A stretch of 64,000 bases of DNA from a bacterium (lineage in GTDB: Bacteria; Electryoneota; Electryoneia; Electryoneales; Electryoneaceae): the NCBI GenBank assembly GCA_963669175.1, contig OY769902.1, forward strand, positions 2,912,001-2,976,000. Reading direction: 5' to 3'. Below, piece after piece: positions 49,600-61,000 of the stretch (positions within the stretch are counted from its first letter, which is position 1; every line of letters begins with the position of its first letter). Under the pieces are notes generated by a model. That model searched no databases. It was not told the origin of the DNA and saw only the letters and a list, made by a program, of their open reading frames with translations. The position numbers and the translations under genes are program-made.

Positions 49600-50130
49600 G
49601 AAGATTCCTGCAAGTTTCATCAGCCCGAACAGGCTCAATCGTGCCAGGATTCCCGCCGCTGTATCATCGAGTGTCACTCCCCAGCCGCCGGGCAGGGATT
49701 CGACATGCTTTCGAATCAGGGGTAGTTTCCAGGCGTCAAAGAACCGGAACAGGGCAAAGGCAGCGAGCATGGGCAACGGTTTCCGTGGGATACCCAGCAA
49801 AGCGATAGCCTGACCGGCGAACTCGTCAATCGTTACACGTCCCGGGTCCGGTCCCCACATACGTTCGCCCCAGGCAGAAGTAGGGACGCTTATCACATGC
49901 ATCAGGAGCATGGTGAACCATTCCGCTTTACGATTCTTCGGAACAAACAGCCACCACAATAGGAGGAATAAGGCGCTGCCTGCAGTTCCCTGTCCCTTCG
50001 GTACATAGCCGGTTCCCAGCCCGGTTCCCAGTATGCAGGTCAATCGTTGCGCCCAGCATGGTGGAGGTGTGCCGACAGGTTCCCCGGTGATTCCGGATTT
50101 TGTTACACTCTTCTTATGTTGATCAGCCAT
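49591..50130 (-). CDS. pgpA: Phosphatidylglycerophosphatase A
   Basis: G.GY.PKGQGTAGS, DPGRVTIDEFAG, FRFFDAWK and GWGVTLDD. Confidence 0.9.
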   Translation of the reverse strand: MADQHKKSVTKSGITGEPVGTPPPCWAQRLTCILGTGLGTGYVPKGQGTAGSALFLLLWWLFVPKNRKAEWFTMLLMHVISVPTSAWGERMWGPDPGRVTIDEFAGQAIALLGIPRKPLPMLAAFALFRFFDAWKLPLIRKHVESLPGGWGVTLDDTAAGILARLSLFGLMKLAGIFKN

Positions 50131-50145
50131 GGCTAACCTTTGGTG

Positions 50146-50592
50146 TTAATCGTTCAGGTATTTTTCCGGATCGTACTTCATCATCAGGTCGGAGGCTGGC
50201 GTGTAGGGACCAAAGCCATAGCGTTCATACAGGGAGTGCGCATCGTCTGTAGCCAGCATCCAGCGTCGCACCGGTTTGAACTGTGGATAGTCAAGAATAG
50301 TTTCGACCAGCCATTTGCCGAGTCCCTGTCCACGGTATTCCTTCAACACAAACACATCCATCAGGTAGGCGATAGCGCTGAGGTCGGACAGCACCCGTGC
50401 AAATCCGATCATTCGGTCTCCCTCGAACAGGCCGAAGGAAAAGGAATGATCAATCGAACGCTGCACTCGTTCACGCTTAATTCCCTTTGCCCAGTAGCTT
50501 TGCGTGAGAAAAGCATGCACAACATCGGTGTCAATCCGGGTTCGATCATCCGAGATGGAATAGGCGTCCCGAATGGAAATATCTTCTGCCAT
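50146..50592 (-). CDS. GNAT-family N-acetyltransferase
   Basis: SYWAKG, IGFARV.SD, DVFVLKEYRGQGLG and DAHSLYERYGF. Confidence 0.9.
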   Translation of the reverse strand: MAEDISIRDAYSISDDRTRIDTDVVHAFLTQSYWAKGIKRERVQRSIDHSFSFGLFEGDRMIGFARVLSDLSAIAYLMDVFVLKEYRGQGLGKWLVETILDYPQFKPVRRWMLATDDAHSLYERYGFGPYTPASDLMMKYDPEKYLND

Positions 50593-50732
50593 GACTTCTC
50601 CAACCGTTTTTGATCTTGTACATTACAAAAGAATTGCCTTGTATTGAAAGGGGAGGCGGTGCTCTTTCCTCGACAAACAGCAAATGCGACATTACAGCGC
50701 AGGCAGTCGATGTAAACTGGATGGGGGATGGC

Positions 50733-51536
50733 ATGAAGTTGAAAGCGAAATATGGTGACTGGGCGTTGATCACTGGCGCGTCTTCCGGGATCGGGATGGC
50801 GTATGCACGTGCGCTGGCGAAACAACGTATCAACCTGATTCTGGTAGCGAGGCGACGCAACCGACTGGAGACACTTGCGCTTGGTCTGCAAAGTCGCCAC
50901 AGAATCCAGGTGGTCACTATAGTCGCGGACTTGTCCAAGGATGATTTTATTGAGAAAATCATGCGACGTGTCAGCGATAAGAATATCGGCATGTTGATTC
51001 ATTCTGCCGGCTTCGGCAACAGCCAGTTTTTCCATCAGGCCAATCTCAAGAAAGAAGCGGATATGGTGCGGGTCAATTGCCTCGCGCTGGTTCGACTGAC
51101 CCGTTACCTGGTACGTCCCATGGTGCGTCGTCGTCGTGGCGCTGTCATCTTCGTCAGCTCCATCGCGGCCGCTCAACCCATGCCGAAAATGGCGACCTAT
51201 GCGGCTACGAAAGCCTTTGTGCAGGCGTTGGGTGAAGGGTTGGCCTTTGAATTAAAACGGTCCGGTGTGGATGTGCTTACGGTGCAGCCGGGACTTACCG
51301 CGACTGAATTCCAGAAGAAATCAGGTTTGAAGAAGGTCAGCCACACGATCTATGCTCGCAGTCCCGAGCAGGTTGTGGCAACTTCAATGGCACACCTGGG
51401 GAAAAAGCAGGTCGTTGTTGACGGATGGTTGAATAAGGTTACAGTGTGGGGTGCACGCATTGGCCCACGTAACTATGTGAAACGGATTGCCTACCTGTGG
51501 GTTCGTGTCTTCGGAGAGATCCGTTTCAAAGGGTAG
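50733..51536 (+). CDS. Short-chain dehydrogenase/reductase
   Basis: ALITGASSGIG, VSS and YAATK; start placed at ATG 50733. Confidence 0.9.
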   Translation: MKLKAKYGDWALITGASSGIGMAYARALAKQRINLILVARRRNRLETLALGLQSRHRIQVVTIVADLSKDDFIEKIMRRVSDKNIGMLIHSAGFGNSQFFHQANLKKEADMVRVNCLALVRLTRYLVRPMVRRRRGAVIFVSSIAAAQPMPKMATYAATKAFVQALGEGLAFELKRSGVDVLTVQPGLTATEFQKKSGLKKVSHTIYARSPEQVVATSMAHLGKKQVVVDGWLNKVTVWGARIGPRNYVKRIAYLWVRVFGEIRFKG

Positions 51537-51744
51537 GTTACAATGGAATGTATTCAAAGGATGAATGTATTTACAGGATGAACAGGATAAGAAGGATATT
51601 CAGGATGACAAGATAAATGAATGTTGAAAACATAAATAAACGGATGGTTAAAGAAAAAGATAACAGATAAAGATAGACATGGTGTGTGATATTTGATATA
51701 AACCCTGCTTGTAAAGAAAGAATGGATAAATTACTGATATAGCT

Positions 51745-51930
51745 GTTCTCGACATTATTCCGTCACAATGGAGATTGCCGGGAAAAGGGGACGGAATCCT
51801 TTTCCTTGCGCTTATACAGAATATTTTAAAGTATTTCTGGAAAAGGAAACTGTCCCCTTTTTCCATCTCCTTTATTCCAACTATATAACTGATCTTTCAC
51901 TGATATGCTACATGACCATATGACGGATTA
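51745..51930. repeat. REP-like repeat family B copy 3 (internally deleted)
   Basis: Lacks the segment between the two GGAAACTGTCCCCTTTT copies present in copies 1 and 2. Confidence 0.8.
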
Positions 51931-51956
51931 ATAATTGGAATGACTACATTTAACAT

Positions 51957-51983
51957 AAACCCTGCTTGCACAGCAAGCAGGGG
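51957..51983 (-). terminator. Putative terminator of the 3221-aa gene
   Basis: CCCTGCTTGC-ACA-GCAAGCAGGG hairpin. Confidence 0.65.
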
Positions 51984-52051
51984 CAAATTTCAGGAGTATA
52001 TTGTTAATCCTTTTTCACCTTTTTCACTTTGTGTACTTTTTTCACTTCTTC

Positions 52052-55000
52052 CTACCTCACCAGGATCATCTTCTTCCGCACATTCATCTTTCCCGAAACC
52101 TGGGCATGGATGAAGTAGACACCACTTGGCAGTCCCTGGGCATTGAAGGAGAATTTGTGATACCCTTCCGGGTAACGTCCGTCGGCCAGCTCCTGCACCC
52201 GACGTCCCAGGACATCATAGATGCGTACCGTCAGTGTTGCTGAATGCGGCAGTGATACCACAACATTTGCTGTCGCGTTGAATGGGTTCGGATAGGTTCC
52301 CGGTACACCATAAGCTGTCGGCACGCCGCTCCAGGGATCCGGCACAGGGTTGTAATACAGGACGAAGAAGCCAAGCGTATCGGATGCCCAGGTTCCGTCC
52401 GTATTGCTGTCCGGGACAAAAACTGACCAGTAATACTGCCGGTAGGATTGCAGGCTGTCCGTACTGAACAGGGTATCGGTTAAGCCATCAGCAATACACC
52501 ACGCGGTTGAGAAATCAGGCAGTGTGTCGATCCAAACTTCATATCGCACGCTGTCATAGGGGTCAGGGTCAAACGAAGGCGCCCAGGAGAACTCCAGCTC
52601 ATCCAGACGGACCGAGTCCCCATCAGCAGGCGCATACAGGTCAAACGCGACCGGTGCATCCGGAATGTCTGTGATAAAGTGCCAGATACCGGAACCTGGG
52701 GGATTTGCAACCGTCATAAGTCCGAAATCATCTACCGCATATACTTTCCAGAAGATAGTTGAATCATCCGGTAGTGATCCGGTGCTGTTGTTCAGAACAG
52801 AATCCATCCCGGTTACGAGGTATTGCGTGTTGTTCGTATAGACAACAACGCTGTCCTGCAAGTCGGATGAGGTTGCCCAGATAACCTTGTAGCGAACGTG
52901 ATCACGAATATCGGAATCGATGGATTCTGTCCATTCCAGCAGGGCAAATGGCGTACGAATCGTATCGCCATTCGCCGGTGCGAGTTGCGCGAAGGGGCCG
53001 GGAGGATCAGGTTTCAGCGCCCAGAAACTGTAGGTCTGCTTGGACCAGGTGCCGGTGGTGTTGGTGTCCTGCGCACGAACTTTCCACCAGTACATCGTAG
53101 TATCCTGCAATTCATGGATGTCGATGTAAGGCGTAGCGACTGTAATGGAATCTATATGCCCGGCAAACGCTTCATCCTGGGCCAGGTAGACCACGTACTC
53201 AACAGTGTCATTTGAATCCGGATCAACCGCTTCTTCCCAATCCAGGCGCAGCCCAAGGGTGCTGGCCAGTGAACCATTGTCCGGGCTCAACAGGTTGAAT
53301 GCGGAAGGTGGACGTTCCAGTGAAACATAAAAACGATGAGTATGATTAGCCCAGGTGCCGCGTGAGTTGGTATCCTGCGCGCGCACCTTCCACCAGTAAT
53401 TCACATGGTTCAATAACCCTGTCATGTTATAATCCGGGGAATAGGCTATGGCTGAATCGAGACCATTGCTGAAATCTTCGTTCAGCGCCCAGTAGACCAC
53501 GTAATACACCGCATCACCGGGATCAGGATCTGCTGCTGCTTCCCAAAGCAGGTTCACACCCTCGTCATGGACGACATCACCATCTTCCGGTGACAGCAGC
53601 TCGAATTGTGCCGGCGGTTCGCCGATCTGGACGTTGAACGACCAGCCTTCTTCCTGGTTGCACAGGCGCTGGCTGTTGTAACGATCCTTCGCGTAGACGC
53701 GCCAGTAGATTGTTGTCCCATCCGGCAAATCATCAAGGTTGTCATCGTTGGTAGTCTTGTTGTCAGATGAGAAACTCGATGCGTTTGAACCTGATTCGAA
53801 CGTCTGACCGGTCGTGACCTGGTTCTCTGCCGCTTCGAATATGCCGACTCGATTCTGATTATTCTGTCGCCTTCCGGAAGTTGAAACAACGGTTGAACCG
53901 GATGACGAATATGTACTAATCGCAGATCCGGAATGTTTATTGGATCGTCCGGCGCGTGGTCCTCGTTGTGAAACCTTACCGAGTTCCTGCTCAGGATCAG
54001 GTGTCGAGTTCGTCAATTCATTGTTCGGCAACTCCGAGATCAGGAAAGTAGTGTCGCCGACTTCCTGGAAAGCGTTGTTCTCGAACTGGTTGTCCGTCGC
54101 CCATTCAACGATATAGGTTACATGATCGTTAGGATCGTTGTCCGTGGTGCTGTACCAGGAAACCCGGACCGTATCATCGTGGAAAATGGAGTTGTCATCC
54201 GGCCCGGCAAGGCTGAACGGATTCGGTGCGACCGGGATGAAGGTGTACAAACGGAATATGGTGTCTGACCACCTGCCCAGACCGTCGTTGTCCTCCGCGT
54301 AAACCTTCCAGAAACGGTTAGAACGATTGGGAAGGTTAGTCAACGCGATTGTCGTGTCCTGCGTTGTCAACGTATCCAGATTCTGACTGAACGCCTGATC
54401 GGATGCGGTGATTATGCTGTATGTGATCAACGCTTCAGGGTCGGGATCAAATGCGCTGGCCCAGACCAATGTTGTATCTCCGGTCCAGCAGGTGTCGCCA
54501 TCTGCCGGGCTGAGCAGGGTGAAAGTTTCCGGCGGCTCCGGCAGATACACAGTGAAAGACCACCCGGTGTCCGGATCGGCAAAGCGTTCAAGATCATAGA
54601 TGTCATGCGCACGCACCCGCCAGAAAATCGTGGAATCATCCGGCAGTTCATCGAGGCCGTTTCCGGCAAGTACTTCGGCCAGGTCCGTAATGGTATAGCT
54701 GGTGTCAGTTATCGAATCTGCGCTGAAGAAAGCACTGAATTCCGGATCAAGCGACCAGAACACTTCGTAGACAAAATCTTCATCAGCGTTGGGATCTGTG
54801 CTCGGTGTCCAATGTACCGTAACCGTATCGCTTTCAACTCTGCTGTCTGGCATGGGATCAGCCAGGGAGAAGGCGAAGGGACCGTCAGGAATAAATATCC
54901 GGACGGCAACAGTATCCGTGTATACATCGAAGCCGTGAGTGTCAAACGCGTGCACATTGATGTAGTACAGGGAATCATCCAGCAGGCCACGAATCATCAG

Positions 55001-58000
55001 GCTGGTATCTGCCAGGATCATGGCGCTGCATGGTTCGGCGAATTGACGGTCCGTATCCCAGAGGATCTCGTACAATACACTGTCGCCCGGGTCCGGTTCT
55101 ATTGAAGAAGTCCAGGTAACCAGCAGGGAATCTGTCCAGCAGGTGTCGCCATCGGCCGGGGAAACAAGTGAGAAACCGGTTGGCGGTTCGAAGATGTAGA
55201 CATCAAACTGCCACCCATTTACCGGGTTTGAACAGGTCGTTGCGCCGCTGACCGAAGTGGCAAACACACGCCAGTAAACAGAGATGTCATCCGGTAGCTC
55301 ATCGAGGTCTCCGTTGAAGACTACATCCTGCAAGTCCGAAATGGAGAAGGAGGTGTCTGCCGTGCTTCCGGTATAGGATACAGCGAACAACGGGTCTGTA
55401 GCCCATTCAACGGTGTATGTGACGGCGCCACCGTTCAGGGGATCGGAAGATGAATTCCAACGTACTAACACTGTATCGTTATGCGTCTGGGTTCCGTTGA
55501 CCGGTTGAGCCAGTCCAAACGGCAGCGGCGCATCCGGGTTTTCTACAGTGAATATAAACGTATCCGTAGACCATGTTCCCGGTGTGTTGCTGTCCTGGGC
55601 GCGAACTTTCCAGGAGTAGGTGGTGTTACTGATCAGGTCCGAAGCAGCATAGCTGGTGTCGGTTACGATTGTTGAGTCTACTGTCATGGTGAAAGTCGGA
55701 TCAAGCGCCCACCAGACCACATAGCCCAGTGTGTCACCGGGATCAATTTCGCCCGCTGATTCCCAAACAAATGTCGTGTCTGATCCGTGGACAGTAGATT
55801 CATCAGCAGGTGACAAAAGGTTAAACGCTACAGGCGGATCATAGAGGTAAACATTGAAACGATAGCCTGCAACCGGATCGCAGCGGGTTTGATAACCATC
55901 CGGATCTTCCGCCAGCACACGCCAGTACACCGGGGCATCATCGGGAAGTTCATCCAGATTTTCCCAGAACTGCGGATCGGAAAGGTCAGCTATGGTAAAG
56001 AAGGTATCCGTTGTTGTAGCGGAATAAGCGGTACTGTACAGGGCATCGGGTGACCATTGGACAGTGTAGGTTATATCGCCGCCCTGCGGATCAACTGACG
56101 GATTCCAGCGAACTGTCACTGTGTCGTTATGAACTTCTGCATCGTTTGCCGGAGACGCCAGCGCAAACAGTGAAGGGGCATTGGTGACATTGGTATGCAT
56201 CACCCAGGTTGCATCGGACCATGTGCCCGGGGAATTGCTGTCCTGGGCGCGTACCTTCCACCAATACGAAACGCCGCTGATAATATCAAAGGTATAGGTT
56301 GTGTCTTCACCGGTATTCGATGAATCCACATCCAGTGAGAAATTGCTGTCTGACGCCAGCCAGATACGGTAGGTGACATTGTCGCCTGGGTCGGTATCGT
56401 AGGTCGACTCCCAGGTCATGGTCTGGGCGCCGCTGGTGACAGTTGCTTCGTTCAATGGCGAAAGCAGGCTGAACGGTTCCGGCATGGACGGGAAGTTGGC
56501 CAGGAAATGGAAAACCTCCGTGGACCAGGTGCCGTTGGTGTTGTTGTCCCGGGCACGAACTTTCCAGTAATAGGTTGAATCATCCAGCAGACCGGAGATG
56601 TGATAACTGGTGTCCGCAGTGATCACGGAATCAAGCCCACTGGTAAACGTATTGTCAAATGCCCACCATACAACATAATCGACCGCGTCATCCGGATCTG
56701 GTTCTGCAGCCGTTTCCCATACCAGCGTAGTATCCCCGCCGAAGTATACCGTATCGCCATTGCCCGGACTCAGGAGGGAGAAGGGGGTTGGCGGGTCGGC
56801 GAAGTAGACGGTAAATGACCAGCCGTTGAAAGGCGTCGCGTTAGTGGTTAAACCAAGACGGTCTGTAGCGGTGACACGCCAGAAGACGGTTGAATCTTCC
56901 GGGATTTCATCCAACTGGTTTTGCAGGCCATTGATGGTGTAAGAAGTGTTTCGCGTGGTACCCGTGTACGATGTGGCGAAGGTAGGATCGGTAGACCATT
57001 CCACGGTATAGGTAATCGTATCACCGGGATCAGGATCAATACTCTGGGTCCAGGATACGGTAACACTATCATCCGCGACGTTGCTGCCATTGGCCGGACT
57101 TGCCAGTGAAAACGCGCTTGGAGCGCCGGGGATATGAACATGCAGGCGATTGACCTGGCTGGACCAGCGACCCGCTGTGTTGGTGTCGTTCGCCCGGACC
57201 TTCCAGTAATAATCGTTGTCATCATTCAGATTGTTGAGTGCCATGGCGGTTACAGGACCAACAGTTGCCATTGAATCAAGGTTCTGAGTAAATGCGGCAT
57301 TAGTGGCAATCCACACAACATAATTGACAATCGCATCACCGGGATCGAGGTCGGTTGCCGCTTCCCAGGTCAGGGTCGTATCGCCGCTGTAACAGGTATC
57401 GCCGTCGTCTGGTGACAACAGGCTGAACGGTTGCGGTGGAATCCAGAAACGGGTATAGAACGACCAGCCGGAATTTGGCGTGCATAGTGTTTCATTCCCA
57501 AGCCTGTCAATCGCCTTTATGCGCCAGTAAATATTCGTTGAATCGGGCAGGTTTGGGAGTGTATAGGTCAGGTTCCCGGTTATCGCAGAGTTGACCAGTC
57601 CCGAGAAATCGTTCTGTTCGGACCATTCGACTCGGTATCGCAGCACATCGCCCGGATCAGGATCGATGGCGGCGTTCCACGATACCAGTTGCGAATTATA
57701 ATGAACCGTATCCTGGTTCGCAGGGGCGGCCAGGGTGAAAGCGCCGGGCGATTCATGGATGTATACCGGGATTCGCCAGGTTTGTGTTGACCATGTACCC
57801 GTAGTATTGGTGTCCTGCGCACGAACCTTCCACCAGTAGGTATGGTCATCAAGCATACCGTTCAAAGCATATGTGGTCAGCGCTGTGGAAGCGGAATCGA
57901 GGTTCTGGGTGAAAGCCGCATCCGTTGCCCACCAGACCCGGTAGGTAATCGCATCACCGGGATCAGAATCGGTGGCGGCCTGCCAGGTCAGGGTCGTATC

Positions 58001-61000
58001 ACCGGTCCAGCAGGTGTCCATGTCAAACGGTGATGACAGGCTGAAAGCATTGGGCGGATCGGGGATCGCGGCAACGTAAAACGACCAACCGGAGGATGGG
58101 ATGCCATCGATGCTTGTTCCGAAACGGTCCGCAGCACGCACCCGCCAGTAGATCCGGGCATCATCAGGAAGCTCATCCAGCTCGTTGACAATATTCTGCA
58201 TGTCGGTGATCGTCAGGAAAGTGTCCGTAGTCGCGCCATGGTAATAGGTTGCGAAACCGGGATTCAACGACCAATTTACCGTATAGGTAATCACATCGCC
58301 GGGATCGGCATCGGCTGACGCTGTCCAATGAACTCTGACGGTGTCGTTATAGATAATTGCTTCATCTGCGGGAAGCGCAAGATTGAAAGCTGTCGGTCCA
58401 TCCGGGATATAGACATGGAAACGATTGGTTTGCGTTGACCAGGTGCCCGTGGTATACAAATCCTGCGCCCTGACTTTCCAGTACCAGGTAGAATTGTCCG
58501 GCCGGTTATTCAGAGGATGAGTTGTTCCGGCAACTGTGGCCGAGTCGAGATCCTGCGTAAACGCAGCATTACTAGCCCACCATACGACATAATGCACAAC
58601 ATCGTTCGGGTCGGTATCCACTGCCGCCTGCCAGGCCAGGGTTGTATCGCCATCCCAACAGGTATCGTTGTTGGTGGGGGACAGTAGGCTGAAGGCATTG
58701 GGCGCTGTCGGGATATAGACATGAAAAGAACGTGTATCCGTGGACCAGCGACCGGATGAATTGCTGTCCTGCGCCCGGACTTTCCAGAAATACGTAGTAT
58801 GATCATTCAAGTTGTTCAGATCATATGTAGTTTGTCCCGCCGCGACGGAAGCGGAATCAAGGTTCTGGGTAAAGGCCGCGTTGGTTGCCCACCAGATGAC
58901 ATAGTTCTGGATAGCGTCCCCGGGATCGGGGTCGCTTGTTGCCTGCCATGTGAGTGTCGTATCGCCGGTCCAGCAGGTGTCGCCCGTATCCGGTGACAAC
59001 AGGGTAAAGGGGGCAGGCGGTTGGGTGATATAAATGTCAAATGACCAACCGGCCGCTGGGGTTGCCCAGGTCTGTTCACCATAACGATCTGTTGCCAGGA
59101 CACGCCAGTATATGGTCGTGTCATCGGGTAATTCATCCAGCTCGTTGGAAACGATATTCTGAAAATCTGTTATTTCAAGCGAGGTTTCGGTAGTCGAACC
59201 GGTGTAGAAACTTGAGAAATCCGCATGACCGGACCATTGCACATGGTAGGTGACAAGATCATCCGGGTCGGGATCAATGGACGTTGTCCATTGAACTGTA
59301 ACCGTATCATCATTGATCACAGCGCCGTCAGCCGGTGAGGACAATGAAAACGGCCCCGGCGGTTCCGGCGAATAGACTTTGAGATGATTGACCTGGTTGG
59401 CCCAGGTGCCGTTGGTATTGCCGTCCTGCGCTCGCACACTCCAGTAATAGGTCTGATCATCGAGCATGTTGAGCAGTTCATAGGTGGTATCCGGGACGTT
59501 CACCGAAGCGCTGTCCAGATTCTGGCTGAAAGTCGCGTTAGTTGCCCACCAGATTACGTAACGCTGTACCGCATCTCCCGGATCGGGGTCTGTGGTTGTG
59601 CGCCAGACAAGGGTTGTATCCCCGGTCCAGCAGGTATCCGTGTTCAGTGGCGTAACAAGATCAAAGGCCAGGGGAGCGTCAAAGAGATACACATTGAAAG
59701 ACCAGCCCGCGACCGGTGTTGCCCAGGTTTCGTTTCCGAATCGGTCTATCGCCTTTACCCGCCAATAGATGGTCGTGTCATCCGGTAGCTCGTCCAGTTC
59801 ATCCAGTCCGCCCAGCAGCAGGTCGTGCAGGTCGGAAATGACGAAAAATGTATCTGAGGTCGATCCTGAATAGAAACTGGAGAAGTTGCTGTGCTGGGAC
59901 CAGTTGATATGGTAGGTAATGGGATCGCCAGGGTCAGGATCTATCGAACGTTCCCAGGAAACCGTAACCGTATCGTTATGCACATCGCTGGTATTGGCTG
60001 GAGCATCCAACGCGAAGGCGCCGGGTGCATCCGGGATATAAACATGGAAATATCGTGTCTGGGTTGACCAGGTTCCGGTAGTGTTGCCATCCTGCGCACG
60101 GACTTTCCAGTACCATGTGGAATTGTCAGCGAGATTGACAAGGTTTAATGACGTAGTTGGAACATTTACTGAAACAGAATCGAGATTCAGTGTAAATGCT
60201 GCGTCGGTAGCGTACCAGACCACATAACGCAAAACCTGGTCACCGGGATCAGGGTCCGTTGCCGCCTGCCATGTCAGGGTTGTATCCCCGGTCCAGCAGG
60301 TGTCGCCGTTGAGGGGGCTGGTCAGGTTAAACGGATTTGGCGGATCGGGATGGTACTCCGTATAAAATGTCCAGCCAGTGTCCGGTGTCGCCCATGTCTG
60401 GAAATTATAGTTATCCTGCGCATAAACACGCCAATAATAAAGCGCATTATCGGTCAATTCATCCAGGTCATTGCTGTTGTCAGAGATGTTGTAGGTGGTA
60501 TTGCTTGTTGAGCCGGTCCAGTGGGGTGTGAAGTTTTCATTCAAAGACCACTGCACGTAGTAAGTTACGTCATCATCCGGATCGGGGTCGCTAGAGGCTG
60601 TCCAACTCACGGTAACAGTATCTTCGCCGAGTATGGCGAAATTGGCTGGCGACTGCAAATCAAACGCAGTTGGCGGTTCATTAATAAAAACACGAAAGCG
60701 ATATGTAGATGTACTCCATCGTCCTTCAGAGTTTGTATCAATTGCTTTCACTTTCCAGTAGTAGGTCTGATCATCACTGAGTTCGGCAATGTTTACTGAA
60801 GTCGCCGGCGGATCGACATCGGCTGAATCCAGTCCCACGGTAAAGGCCGCATTCCTTGCCCAATAAACACGATAGAAAAGAGAATCACCCGGGTCAGGTT
60901 CTGTCGAGGATTGCCATGTCAATGTTGTGTTGTCTTGCCAGACTGTATCCGTATCTCCCGGACTCAACAGATCGAATACAGATGGAGGTTCCGGGATATA

